A DNA stretch of 57,091 nucleotides from positions 1 through 57,091 of the IMG/VR virus record IMGVR_UViG_3300018915_000004; one strand, written 5' to 3'. Source of the DNA: a virus. Below are positions 16,208 through 25,146 of the stretch, in pieces; the first letter of the stretch is position 1; each line of letters starts with the position of its first letter. Both the position numbers and the translations under genes were made by a program. A model generated the notes under the pieces. That model was not told the DNA's origin. It ran no database searches and saw only the letters and a list, made by a program, of their open reading frames with translations.

Positions 16208-17932
16208 GTCTATCGCCTTAATCGTTTGCTCTAGTTCAATCAAGCTGATGTTAACGCTAGTTGATCGGATGCGTTCAAGCTTGCCAGTTACATCCTTTAC
16301 CATCTCACCCGGATCAATCACAGGGCGATCAGATGGGATCTCAAACTTCTGGATAAGCGCCGGATCGAAAGCAGGGCGATCGCTGGAACGTCCTAGTTCT
16401 AGAGACAGTTGCTTATTTTGCCATCTATCCGGATCGTCTGATAGAAATGAATGGCGTTTAAAATACGCCTTTACTTCTGCCGCTTGCTCTGGCGTTGGGT
16501 TTGGGTAGATGGCGTTTAGCTTCCATCCGTCTAACGGATAAGTCCTGAATCGACTATAGAAGCGTCTATCGGCAAAGTCAGGCGGCTTATCTTTATCGAA
16601 AGCGTATCTTAACCAACGCCTATAAAAAGCGATCTTCTCTTGCTCCTCCCTGACTAATTGGATCATGTCGCCGCCTGGTGCAATCCTTGGGCGCTGATGA
16701 ATTGTAAACTCAAACCCACAGTCACAGAACCTTGCCCCCACTGGGACGTGTTTACCACAACCGCCTTGTGTAACAGGGCATTTTTTACGCGGCGCTTCGC
16801 CGGATACTTTTAGATCTGATTCATAGAGGCTTGCCTCGGTAATGTTGAGATCTTCAAAATAAGGATATTTGTTGCCAAACATCCCTACGCAATCCAGGGC
16901 GATCGCGTCTCGTTTCTTGCTCCCGTCTGGATAAGTGTGGCTACGGACTATACGCCCTATCATCTGGATTGCCAGCGCCGCGCTATTGGTATCCCGCGCA
17001 AAGATTCCACACCTAGCGTTAGTAGCATCAAACCCCTCAGTAAGTGCCATGCAGGAACAAAGGATCAAGATCGTGTTTGGGTTGTCACTCTTGAATGATT
17101 TAAATATCTTGTCCCTTTGCCCTGGTGATGTCTTACCATGCACCATTGCCGCCTTGACTCCTACAGCCTCAAACGCCTGGGTAAGCGCCCTAGCAAAAGC
17201 AACAGAAGGACAAAAGGCGATCGTTTTGCTGTCTTGTCCTATCTTGAGCCAATTGTCCACAATGTACGTGATCCTAACGTCAATCTTTCCCGCGCCCGCG
17301 TTGGGTACATCGTAGTAGATCGGCTGTACTAACACGCCATCTTCAATCAATTGGCGCGGCATCGGAGCGCACGTTATGAACTCATAAATATCACCTAATG
17401 ACTCACTCGATTTCAGGCGGTAGGGCGTTGCAGTCAACCCAATAGACAGCCAACGATCGCGGTGATCTGGGTTGAGTTTGCAATAAGTCAGAGTAGGCGT
17501 GAGAGTGAGGGCAACTCCCGAAAAATTGATAACGTGACATTCATCGTAGATTACTACGTCTGGCTGAAACCACGAGAGCAACCGCTCAAGATCGCGGCGG
17601 CTCTCTTGCTCCTCATCAGGGGTAAGCGTTTGAAAAGAGGCAATCTGCATTAAAGCGGATCGATCCTCTTTCCAGCCTCCCGCGACTACGCCGCTTTTGA
17701 TTCCCCAAGCACCCACAGCGTTGATCGTTTGTTCGATCAAAGGGTTGCGATGAACCACAAACAGAACGCGCTTACCAAGCCGCCTCACGTAGTCGTAGAC
17801 GATCATTGAGGCAATCATTGTCTTACCCGCGCCCGTTGGGGCAACGATCAACCCTCTGGTCTTACCCCTGGAAAATCCCTTGTAAATCTCTTGTTGGCAT
17901 TTAGTCTGATAATCCCTTGGCTGTGGTGTCAT
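16196..17932 (-). CDS. SF2 DEAD/DEAH-box (ResIII-type) DNA helicase with a C-terminal zinc-ribbon region
   Basis: Motif I APTGAGKT, motif II DECH, motif III LTATP, motif VI QMIGRIVR. Also CPVTQGGCGK..FCDCG. Confidence 0.9.
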   Translation of the reverse strand: MTPQPRDYQTKCQQEIYKGFSRGKTRGLIVAPTGAGKTMIASMIVYDYVRRLGKRVLFVVHRNPLIEQTINAVGAWGIKSGVVAGGWKEDRSALMQIASFQTLTPDEEQESRRDLERLLSWFQPDVVIYDECHVINFSGVALTLTPTLTYCKLNPDHRDRWLSIGLTATPYRLKSSESLGDIYEFITCAPMPRQLIEDGVLVQPIYYDVPNAGAGKIDVRITYIVDNWLKIGQDSKTIAFCPSVAFARALTQAFEAVGVKAAMVHGKTSPGQRDKIFKSFKSDNPNTILILCSCMALTEGFDATNARCGIFARDTNSAALAIQMIGRIVRSHTYPDGSKKRDAIALDCVGMFGNKYPYFEDLNITEASLYESDLKVSGEAPRKKCPVTQGGCGKHVPVGARFCDCGFEFTIHQRPRIAPGGDMIQLVREEQEKIAFYRRWLRYAFDKDKPPDFADRRFYSRFRTYPLDGWKLNAIYPNPTPEQAAEVKAYFKRHSFLSDDPDRWQNKQLSLELGRSSDRPAFDPALIQKFEIPSDRPVIDPGEMVKDVTGKLERIRSTSVNISLIELEQTIKAIDKIG

Positions 17933-18191
17933 TGTTGCTTATTGTGGTTTGACCGAAGCGATCGCCTAAAGATTCCCTCAAGTCTTTAACCGAGGTGTAA
18001 CCCTCAAGAGTTGCCAACTTAGACAGGGTAGAGTCTAGTAGTTTGTGACGCTCCAGTAATATCCAAAGCATCAAAACCGTATTTAGGAATGATGAAAAGC
18101 TTCTAAAATTCCAGCTATTTTGTGTCTCAGCGATCCAATCATATACCTGTGTCCAACTGTAAAAAGCAAGTTGAGCTTTGTTAGTCGCCAT
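17901..18191 (-). CDS. hypothetical protein
   Basis: 96 aa from ATG 18191 (MATNKAQ..). The track start at 18281 lies inside motif copy 12. Confidence 0.5.
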   Translation of the reverse strand: MATNKAQLAFYSWTQVYDWIAETQNSWNFRSFSSFLNTVLMLWILLERHKLLDSTLSKLATLEGYTSVKDLRESLGDRFGQTTISNNDTTAKGLSD

Positions 18192-18255
18192 TGTCAGTTT
18201 TAATAAAGTGCAATACCCTATCTTAGCTTGAAGGCACGTTAAGGCAATACACTCT

Positions 18256-18281
18256 AAGATGTCCCAAATTTGGGCGATCAT
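18256..18281. promoter_or_regulatory. 26-bp quasi-palindrome copy 12
   Basis: AAGATGTCCCAAATTTGGGCGATCAT. Overlaps stop 18278-18280. Confidence 0.85.
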
Positions 18282-19075
18282 CTTGGTGTTTCCTGCTCCT
18301 GTGATCGCTCTAGTTGTTGAACGTTCCGAGCAATTGAGGCGCTTAACTCAATCATGCCAACAAGCACCCAGATCCCAACAATTGCAGAAATTAGAATCTG
18401 AAACTTCCAGGGGATTTGTGGTAGCTTAATCCCTGCATTATTCCAGAAGTCACCCACCTTTGCCGCCGCGCTTTTTAGCCTAGCGCCTCTTGCAGGGCGA
18501 TCGCCGCCGCCCTTGCCGCCTTTATCTTCCCTGTCATCCTTGCCGCTCCTGCTGTCTTTATCGCCTCCCTTGGGCGGTATCCAGGTCTGATCCTCATTCA
18601 GGTAGCAGATGCCAACGCCGTTGTGATCCGCCAAGTTGGCAGCATTGCGCCCACCCCAGTAGATCTTGTCACTCCAAGGCGCAAGTCCGATCAGGATCGG
18701 CTGATGAATTGCGCCTAAAAGCTGAGTGTATGACCGTGCCTGGTTGGTTCCCATAATCACGCCGTTTCGGTCTAAAAGCTTTTTAACCTCTAAAACCTGC
18801 TGTGGCTTGCCGTCCTTATAAATGACAATATCCGCCTCAGCATTGCCGCCCTTGGGTAGCTGTATAGGGACGTTTTCTTTAACTGTATAGCCTGACTCTC
18901 TTAGCTTTTTGGCGATCAGTCTTTGAAGATCCAACTCTTTCCAGTCTTTAGGTAGTTTTGCTCTTTTTACCCACTCTCGCGGATCAATTCCAAGGCGGCT
19001 GCTTGAGTATTCATCTTTGGCACGGCGCTTGGTGATTTCTGCCGCTCTAGCTTGCCGAAGTTTAACCCGCTTCAT
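18278..19075 (-). CDS. PD-(D/E)xK-type nuclease-like protein with a C-terminal transmembrane helix
   Basis: ..LIAKKLRESGYTV...NAEADIVIYKDGKPQQVLEVKK resembles the HsdR-N/restriction-fold D...E.K motif. Hydrophobic ILISAIVGIWVLVGMI near the C-terminus. Confidence 0.45.
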   Translation of the reverse strand: MKRVKLRQARAAEITKRRAKDEYSSSRLGIDPREWVKRAKLPKDWKELDLQRLIAKKLRESGYTVKENVPIQLPKGGNAEADIVIYKDGKPQQVLEVKKLLDRNGVIMGTNQARSYTQLLGAIHQPILIGLAPWSDKIYWGGRNAANLADHNGVGICYLNEDQTWIPPKGGDKDSRSGKDDREDKGGKGGGDRPARGARLKSAAAKVGDFWNNAGIKLPQIPWKFQILISAIVGIWVLVGMIELSASIARNVQQLERSQEQETPR

Positions 19076-19436
19076 TTTGGCTTCTCTCCCTGTTTAATTG
19101 ACTTGCTAGATCATCAGCCTCTTGTGGTGTTAATCCTGCTTTCATTACATCAAACTCACAAAAGCGCTTCCCTACAAGGGAGCTACGCCGGATAATAGAG
19201 CAACGGCGCGGTGAAGTTTGACAAATATGATAAGCGCCGCGATCGCTAAGTAAGCGCGCTTCTTTGATAGTGCCAGCAAGAGAGCGGATCGTTGAATTGG
19301 TACTCATTTTATAAAGGAGCGTATCAGCGTTCTGGTAATCAATCACCGCTCCTCTCAATTCCTTGAGTCGCAATTCTAAAGCGGCAATTTCACTTTTAAC
19401 AACTTCTAAAGCTTCCGACTCTCGTTCTAGTGGCAT
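19062..19436 (-). CDS. hypothetical protein
   Basis: 124-aa ATG ORF. The ATG lies 9 nt after the -10 hexamer, giving a near-leaderless arrangement. Confidence 0.6.
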   Translation of the reverse strand: MPLERESEALEVVKSEIAALELRLKELRGAVIDYQNADTLLYKMSTNSTIRSLAGTIKEARLLSDRGAYHICQTSPRRCSIIRRSSLVGKRFCEFDVMKAGLTPQEADDLASQLNRERSQNEAG

Positions 19437-19445
19437 GGTCTTAAT

Positions 19446-19455
19446 GGTATAACAC
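19446..19455 (-). promoter_or_regulatory. -10 decamer variant GTGTTATACC
   Basis: 9/10 match, 14 nt downstream of motif copy 13. Confidence 0.6.
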
Positions 19456-19469
19456 TCTTACAGCTTAGC

Positions 19470-19495
19470 ATGATGTCTCAAATTTGGTCTAACTT
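19470..19495. promoter_or_regulatory. 26-bp quasi-palindrome copy 13
   Basis: ATGATGTCTCAAATTTGGTCTAACTT. Overlaps stop 19494-19496. Confidence 0.85.
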
Positions 19496-21359
19496 AGTTG
19501 TCATCTTCACTCACCCTAGACTCAATTTTTAAGAGGTGCATGATTCTATGTATCCGTTGCCTCAAAGATTCACCTGTGACGCGATCGCGGCTCTCGGTAG
19601 AGCTTCCGATACTCACGCCATAAACGGCTGTCAGAAGGCGGTTAACTTCTCTAATATTTGGTTCCGCTCCCTTGGTGGCAACGGATCGCCAATTAGTCCA
19701 CCAATCAACTGCCTTGAGTTCCTGAGGTGTAATTTCATAAGTGACAGGCTTGGGCAACTTCCCAGGCTTGTAAGCCATCATGAAGTCTATCTTTTCCTGG
19801 TAGCTTGCCTCAGTCATTGCGCGGCGGCGCGTCTCCTCCCTTAAGCCATCAAAGCTGATGGGGATCTGTAACTGCTGCTCAGTTTCAACCGGAACTCTTA
19901 GGGAGTTGAAAGGGAATCCGCCAAATTGCCTAAATTCTTGTTCTAGCGATCGCGTCTTGTTAGCTGCTGGCATCATTTTCAGAAACCAAGACTCAACCGT
20001 CTCTCCTAGTTGCGGTTTGGCAACCAGACCCCAATCAGAAATCATCCCATCAAAGCAACCCTCTATCGCTTTCTTCCCTTTTGCGCCTCCCTGCCAAGGC
20101 TTAAAGAACAGCGTAAAGTTGCCGTCCTCATCAATTGCAGAATTGTAGTAATTCAGCATAACGCCCTTGCTTTTAAACCACAGCAAGACGTTATACGCTT
20201 TGCTTTTGTGATCATGACTCCAGGGATTTTCAGGCAGCAAAATATCTTTTGATGATGCTAGCTCCTCCTCTGCACTCATATAGCGACTTTTCCAGTCTTC
20301 AATCTCCTCTTGAAGGCGGTTAACCTCGATTACATGAGGCAACAGCCATTGCTGGTAGGTTGCCTCATAATGCTCTTGTAAATTTGCCTTAGCCTCCTCT
20401 AGTTCTTGATTAGCCTGATCGATTAAATCGTTTAACTCTTGCTGTTTAGCTTCCAGTTGTTTGTTAAGTGCTTGCCGCTGCTTCTCTAGCTTTTCCTCAT
20501 TCTCTCTATTAAACTCATCCGAGATCAGATCTATCGCTTTTTGCTTTTCTTGCTCGAACTCTTCCTTAAGTACCTCTATCTCCTCCCTTGCCTTTTGTTT
20601 AGCCTCCTCAGCCTCCCGTAGAGCATTAGCAACCGTTTCTTGCGCCTGAGCGCGTTCTAGAGCCAATTCTCGATTAATGCGATCGCGTTCAATCTCCAGT
20701 TCTTTTCTGTCAGTCTTCAGGGCGCTCTCAAATTCTGCCCAAAGCAACTTGCCGCGCAATCTCCAATGCTGCCTTGCTCGTTTAATAGATTGCGCGGCGC
20801 GGCGGCGAACTTCCGCAACGTCTGCCCTTAGGGACTTCTCAACCAACTGGGCATTGTGCTGCAACTGCTCAGCTTTAAGTCTTGCCTCCTCAAGGATGCG
20901 ATCGCGCTCCGCCTCAGAATGGTTAATTGTTGCCAGTGCGATCGCTTTGGCGTTGCTCTCAATCGCCTGGACTTCTGACCACAGCGCCTCTACTTCTGCC
21001 TCTGCTTTTTGCTTAAGACGAATCGCCTCACTTTCAGCAATTGCCTTAATAGTTACCGCCTCCTGCAAATCTGCCTCAACTTGCCGCAATTGTTGCTCAA
21101 TCTCGGAACGGGTGATAAGAAGCGATCGCTCAGTGAGAGCGGCTTTTTCTTCTAGGGCGCGGTGCTCATTCTCTAAGCGCTCAGCCTCACTCTTTCTATC
21201 TTTGATTTTGCCTAGCTCACTAGCAGCAAGGGTAAGACCAGGGATGGACAAAACACCAGAGCTAATTAACTTAAACTGCCAATCAAAAGGCGTGAGAAGT
21301 AAGCCTATGCCTATCAGGGCGCTAGCTAGTGGAATAATCGGATCTTTGTCTTGCTTCAT
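19494..21359 (-). CDS. large coiled-coil membrane protein
   Basis: 621 aa. N-terminal hydrophobic helices, about 330 aa of heptad-like E/K/Q/A-rich sequence, and a globular C-terminus. Confidence 0.7.
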   Translation of the reverse strand: MKQDKDPIIPLASALIGIGLLLTPFDWQFKLISSGVLSIPGLTLAASELGKIKDRKSEAERLENEHRALEEKAALTERSLLITRSEIEQQLRQVEADLQEAVTIKAIAESEAIRLKQKAEAEVEALWSEVQAIESNAKAIALATINHSEAERDRILEEARLKAEQLQHNAQLVEKSLRADVAEVRRRAAQSIKRARQHWRLRGKLLWAEFESALKTDRKELEIERDRINRELALERAQAQETVANALREAEEAKQKAREEIEVLKEEFEQEKQKAIDLISDEFNRENEEKLEKQRQALNKQLEAKQQELNDLIDQANQELEEAKANLQEHYEATYQQWLLPHVIEVNRLQEEIEDWKSRYMSAEEELASSKDILLPENPWSHDHKSKAYNVLLWFKSKGVMLNYYNSAIDEDGNFTLFFKPWQGGAKGKKAIEGCFDGMISDWGLVAKPQLGETVESWFLKMMPAANKTRSLEQEFRQFGGFPFNSLRVPVETEQQLQIPISFDGLREETRRRAMTEASYQEKIDFMMAYKPGKLPKPVTYEITPQELKAVDWWTNWRSVATKGAEPNIREVNRLLTAVYGVSIGSSTESRDRVTGESLRQRIHRIMHLLKIESRVSEDDN

Positions 21360-21415
21360 CTCATACTCCTACAAAAAAGCTACCCTCACGCAGGGTAAGG
21401 GTAGCGAAATTTTCA

Positions 21416-21901
21416 TCACAAGACGGCAACGAGCAAGCATATCGCCGCTAATGCGATCGCTATAGTTGCCGTAGCCTGGGCGCGTGACAAATTGCCCTCT
21501 AAAGCTTTTTTCTCAACACGTATCTGATTAAAGTAGTATTTAGCTCCTTCTGCCTGAGACTGCCAGCTACTTGCCTCCTTCTTCCAGTAAGCCGCTGCAT
21601 CCTCTAGATTTGCGGCGCGTTGTTTCCAGGCGATCGCCTCAGCATACTCTAGTCGCGCCCTTTGCTCCCAAACATTAGGCGCGTTTTTGACACTCTCTAG
21701 AGCCGCCTCATAACGTGCCTTTAATCGTTCAACCTCATCAGCGCAATCTTTAAGCGCTGCCTCAATGCGCTGTTCGCAATCATTAACGCAATGTCCAATT
21801 ACCGATTCAAGGTGATCATTGCATTCTTGTGTAGACATTTTCCCACTATCGTTGTGAATCGAAGCGACAAGATCGCTTACCTCTAGTTGCTGTTGTGTCA
21901 T
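21416..21901 (-). CDS. coiled-coil protein with a C-terminal membrane anchor
   Basis: 161 aa from ATG 21901 (MTQQQLEV..). The track start at 21979 reads through motif copy 14. C-terminus IAIALAAICLLVAVL. Confidence 0.6.
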   Translation of the reverse strand: MTQQQLEVSDLVASIHNDSGKMSTQECNDHLESVIGHCVNDCEQRIEAALKDCADEVERLKARYEAALESVKNAPNVWEQRARLEYAEAIAWKQRAANLEDAAAYWKKEASSWQSQAEGAKYYFNQIRVEKKALEGNLSRAQATATIAIALAAICLLVAVL

Positions 21902-21929
21902 TGTTTTTATGAAGAAAATAAGAGCGCCC

Positions 21930-21955
21930 AAGATAGCCCAAATTTGAGCGCTCTT
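21930..21955. promoter_or_regulatory. 26-bp quasi-palindrome copy 14
   Basis: AAGATAGCCCAAATTTGAGCGCTCTT. Confidence 0.9.
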
Positions 21956-21959
21956 AAAT

Positions 21960-22124
21960 TTACTTGTTACTGGCAACAATCATCAAGGCTATTAATGCAA
22001 CTGTTGCCACGATCGCCGCTGTGGGTAGGGAGTAGATCCCAATCAGGACAACGCTACCTAACGCGGCATAAGTAAGCAGGATCGCCGCGAGGGCGATCGC
22101 TGCATGAATCAAGAACAGTTGCAT
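21960..22124 (-). CDS. small two-helix membrane protein (below the ORF track cutoff)
   Basis: Hand-translated as MQLFLIHAAIALAAILLTYAALGSVVLIGIYSLPTAAIVATVALIALMIVASNK. The ATG lies 4 nt after the upstream stop. Confidence 0.45.
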   Translation of the reverse strand: MQLFLIHAAIALAAILLTYAALGSVVLIGIYSLPTAAIVATVALIALMIVASNK

Positions 22125-22128
22125 TGAC

Positions 22129-22839
22129 TTAAACGATTACTCCTTTACGCGCTGACTCATTGTTACCTGTTGCCTTTTTTGCTAGGGTCGCCGTCAATAT
22201 CTGATTGCGCTTAGCAGTGCTTTTGTCGGCTTGATGAGTCTTGACGTAAAGATCCGATCCGGTTTTCCGCTCAACTTGGGCGCGGATCTTGCTCTTGAGA
22301 TCAAGCATCACTGAACTGTGACGCGCTTCATCAGCAGCGTTAGCAGTGTTGTTAACCTGTGTTGCCGTTCGGCTCTCTTGCTCTGCAATCTCGTATTCCT
22401 TGCGGCTATCGCGGATCGCTTCAATCTGTACGTTCTTCTTAGCAATCGAGATCTGGATAGAGTTGCGAAGCTGGGTGAGTTCAGTTAACTGCCGCTGTGC
22501 TGTAACGTCATCGGTTAAGCCGTAGCGAGTAATTAGATCCTCAACGCTTGCATCTCCATCCACCAATTTGATCAGCCATTCGTCAGCAGCCTCAGCCCTT
22601 GCGATCGCCTTGTTATTAAGCGTCTCGCTCAGTTGCTTAGCTTTGCTCAGTAACTTGGTTGTTAGTTCGCTTAAACCGCTGTCACTGGCGCTGACGGCAC
22701 CGTCGCCGCTGTTGCTGCCGCGATCATCATTGCGCCCAGTGTTGACAAGAGCGGAAGCATTAGAAGCGCTAGGGGTAATAGGCGCGGCGTTTTCGGTTGC
22801 TGCTTGGGCTGTCTCTTGGTTCTTTCTTGATTTAGGCAT
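22129..22839 (-). CDS. hypothetical protein
   Basis: 236-aa ATG ORF with a low-complexity N-terminus. Confidence 0.6.
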   Translation of the reverse strand: MPKSRKNQETAQAATENAAPITPSASNASALVNTGRNDDRGSNSGDGAVSASDSGLSELTTKLLSKAKQLSETLNNKAIARAEAADEWLIKLVDGDASVEDLITRYGLTDDVTAQRQLTELTQLRNSIQISIAKKNVQIEAIRDSRKEYEIAEQESRTATQVNNTANAADEARHSSVMLDLKSKIRAQVERKTGSDLYVKTHQADKSTAKRNQILTATLAKKATGNNESARKGVIV

Positions 22840-22924
22840 GGTGTCTCACTTGTCTGTTTTTTGTGTGTACATTGTGACCCCCAAAATGATCGCCACCCTT
22901 CCCTTAGTCACTAAGACGATCCCG

Positions 22925-23096
22925 TAGAACTCCGTAAAATCGAACTTTTTTAGAACTTTGGCTCAAAAATGGCGCTTCTCGGAACTAGAATTCTAGGAAC
23001 TCTAGCGGCTCAATTCTAGGCATAACACTGGAACTCAGCAGAATTCTAAATCGAATTAATCGGAACTTTTTAGAACTTAGAATCGGGTTGATTCTA
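22925..23096. repeat. cluster of short repeats (GAACT x8, TAGAACT, AGAATTCTA) in a 345-bp ORF-free spacer
   Basis: CGAACTTTTTTAGAACTT (22941) and CGGAACTTTTTAGAACTT (23061). 12-bp palindrome CTAGAATTCTAG (22985-22996). AGAATTCTA (23040). Confidence 0.8.
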
Positions 23097-23109
23097 ATTG
23101 GTGAGGTGG

Positions 23110-23141
23110 ATCGGATCGGAAGCACCGATCAGTGATCCGAT
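23110..23141. other. hairpin built from GATCGGATC-type words
   Basis: ATCGGATC (23110-23117) pairs with GATCCGAT (23134-23141). Confidence 0.5.
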
Positions 23142-23162
23142 GCCTGATCCGAGACTTGATTT

Positions 23163-23188
23163 GAGATAGACCAAATTTGAGCTATCAT
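23163..23188. promoter_or_regulatory. 26-bp quasi-palindrome copy 15
   Basis: GAGATAGACCAAATTTGAGCTATCAT. Overlaps stop 23185-23187. Confidence 0.85.
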
Positions 23189-23415
23189 GAATTCCCGTCC
23201 CTAGGGGTTTCCTTTTCCAATGCCTCTCTTAGTTCCCTGTTGTAATCCGCCGCCCAGTCATTACCCCTAGAATTAACGTAGAAAGTACTACTGAGAAAAG
23301 AAGCACCGAGGGCGACAACGATCACTACCTTGTTACCCTTAGTGGCGGTGGTTATCACAGCAACGCCAAGAGTAGCAATCACGCAAATAAACCAGAATCT
23401 ACTTGTCTTTGACAT
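23185..23415 (-). CDS. small membrane protein (two predicted helices; holin-like topology)
   Basis: 76 aa. Hydrophobic segments FWFICVIATLGVAVITTA and VVIVVALGASFLSSTF. Confidence 0.55.
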   Translation of the reverse strand: MSKTSRFWFICVIATLGVAVITTATKGNKVVIVVALGASFLSSTFYVNSRGNDWAADYNRELREALEKETPRDGNS

Positions 23416-23432
23416 GATGTGTCAGTGAATGT

Positions 23433-23825
23433 TTACCAGAGTTTGAGAGGCGTGTTGCTTGGTAACAGGTTCCCGTTGCGATCAATGTATGCAATGTTGC
23501 CGCCATCAAGTGCGATCGCCTCACAAATCAGTTGACCGTTGCAATCATACTCAGCTACGCCGTCCACCGCATCTATAAATAGTTGCCACTCCTGCTTAAT
23601 GGCGTTACCAAGCCGCGCCAAACCGCGCCGCGCTTTTTGCCAATTGTTACCCAGTGCCAAGCCTAAGATCCCGCGCTCCATCTTTTCTCTCTCCTGCTCT
23701 GATAGATGTCTGATTAATTCAAGTAATTCTGTTAAATGACGTTCATCAACTAGGATGCACGTCTCTTTAGTTTTGAGGTACGTTTTCCCCCTAGCTCGGA
23801 TAAATTTTGCCTCGCTGTTTCCCAA
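23433..23825 (-). CDS. hypothetical protein (start uncertain)
   Basis: 130-aa ORF overlapping the upstream gene by 76 nt. Alternative ATG at 23681. Confidence 0.5.
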   Translation of the reverse strand: MGNSEAKFIRARGKTYLKTKETCILVDERHLTELLELIRHLSEQEREKMERGILGLALGNNWQKARRGLARLGNAIKQEWQLFIDAVDGVAEYDCNGQLICEAIALDGGNIAYIDRNGNLLPSNTPLKLW

Positions 23826-24634
23826 GGGTCTATGAGCGCATCCTCCCCCAAGCGTTGATCCTCTGGGATCTCTTTTCCCTCAGCGATCGCCGCTTCTTGC
23901 TCTTGATGCTTTTTGAAATTGTCTTGCCACTCTTGCCGCGCCTCTACCCTGTCCTGCTCAGCATCGGCTTGAGCATCAATCACGGTCTGAAGATTCACCC
24001 CAAACAAGCGCTTGGATAGATCGGATGTTCGGCTAGTGTTTTCAGCTAGCTCTACCTCCATTGAGTCGAGTTCGTCATTTAAGCGATCGCTATGCTTAAG
24101 CCTTGCAATGAGCCGCCCTGCCGAATCTGCCTCGATCAGACGCTCCTCTCGCTGGTAGCCTCTCAGGGCGTGTAACTCCTCCTCCCTGGTAAAGCAAGAT
24201 AGGTCAAGATCCTTAACTAGCTGTTGCGTTACCCCTGCCGTCTTAGCAATGCCTCGAACTTCTGAGAGGGTTAAGCGGCGTGTCTCAGTTGCGATAATGT
24301 CGCCGCCCTTGGGTTGCTCTTGACTGTCCTGTGTTGCGGGTTGTGTTGCCTCTTGTTGTGGAGCAGCAGCGGCAAGCTTAAGGGTTGTGTCTCGCCCTTG
24401 CTTAGTTGCGAGTAGTGCGTCTACTTTGTCTTGAGCAATGATTGTTGTTGATGCGCTGTCAACGGCGATCGTAACTTTCATACGCTTGAGTAAAGGGATC
24501 GTCTCTTGCGTTGATAAGTTGAGTTGATCGGCTAACCATCCCAGCGAGTTGATCGGGTAAACTTCTTGTGTTGCGGTTTTTGGCGTTGTTACTTCTGTCA
24601 CGGTTTGAATCCCTCCAGTATTTCTTTTATCCAA
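23750..24634 (-). CDS. hypothetical protein
   Basis: 294-aa ATG ORF with acidic, coiled regions. Confidence 0.6.
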   Translation of the reverse strand: MDKRNTGGIQTVTEVTTPKTATQEVYPINSLGWLADQLNLSTQETIPLLKRMKVTIAVDSASTTIIAQDKVDALLATKQGRDTTLKLAAAAPQQEATQPATQDSQEQPKGGDIIATETRRLTLSEVRGIAKTAGVTQQLVKDLDLSCFTREEELHALRGYQREERLIEADSAGRLIARLKHSDRLNDELDSMEVELAENTSRTSDLSKRLFGVNLQTVIDAQADAEQDRVEARQEWQDNFKKHQEQEAAIAEGKEIPEDQRLGEDALIDPWETARQNLSELGGKRTSKLKRRAS

Positions 24635-25146
24635 TCGATCTGATCTATGGGTATATTTTTAGATTTTGCCCAAACGTAGGGATCAGAATGTTTTTTGCTT
24701 GTATTGCATTTAAGGCAAGCTGGAACAATGTTATACAGTGCGTGATCTCCACCTTTAACTAAAGGGATAAAATGGTCTATTGTTAGATTCCCTTTGCACC
24801 CACAATAGGCGCAGCAGTTAGCAAACCATTCAAGCAACTGATTCCATTGATGTTCGCTCCACTCTATTACAAATGCCTTCCTGACACGAGCGCGACGCTT
24901 ACAGGAATGTTGTCTGTTTTGTTCTCTGTGGGCAACCCTGTAGTTTTTGCTCCATACGCGCCTATACTCTTTTTCTTGTAAACAATAATCCTCCTTCTGC
25001 TTGAGTATTCTGATTCTATTTTTCTCGTAATAAAAGCGCTGCCTTTTTATGTGGCAGTTCACACAACGGTTATCGCTTAAATACCTCAAAGTCAACTCAC
25101 AGCGCTTACATGGCTTACCATTATGGGTTTTAACTTGGTTGCTCAT
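24598..25146 (-). CDS. HNH endonuclease (paralog 1 of 3)
   Basis: CAYCGCKGNLTIDHFIPLVKGGDHALYNIVPACLKCNTSK plus an N-terminal CKRC..CVNC. Start trimmed to ATG 25146. Confidence 0.85.
   Translation of the reverse strand: MSNQVKTHNGKPCKRCELTLRYLSDNRCVNCHIKRQRFYYEKNRIRILKQKEDYCLQEKEYRRVWSKNYRVAHREQNRQHSCKRRARVRKAFVIEWSEHQWNQLLEWFANCCAYCGCKGNLTIDHFIPLVKGGDHALYNIVPACLKCNTSKKHSDPYVWAKSKNIPIDQIDWIKEILEGFKP

Noticed and set aside
19536-21465. + strand ORFs 19536..19844, 19858..20148, 20010..20252, 20461..20649 and 20677..21465
   Set aside because: They are antisense to the long coiled-coil gene 19494..21359. Their Ser/Ala/Leu-rich low-complexity translations are typical of shadows of E/K/Q-rich coding sequence.
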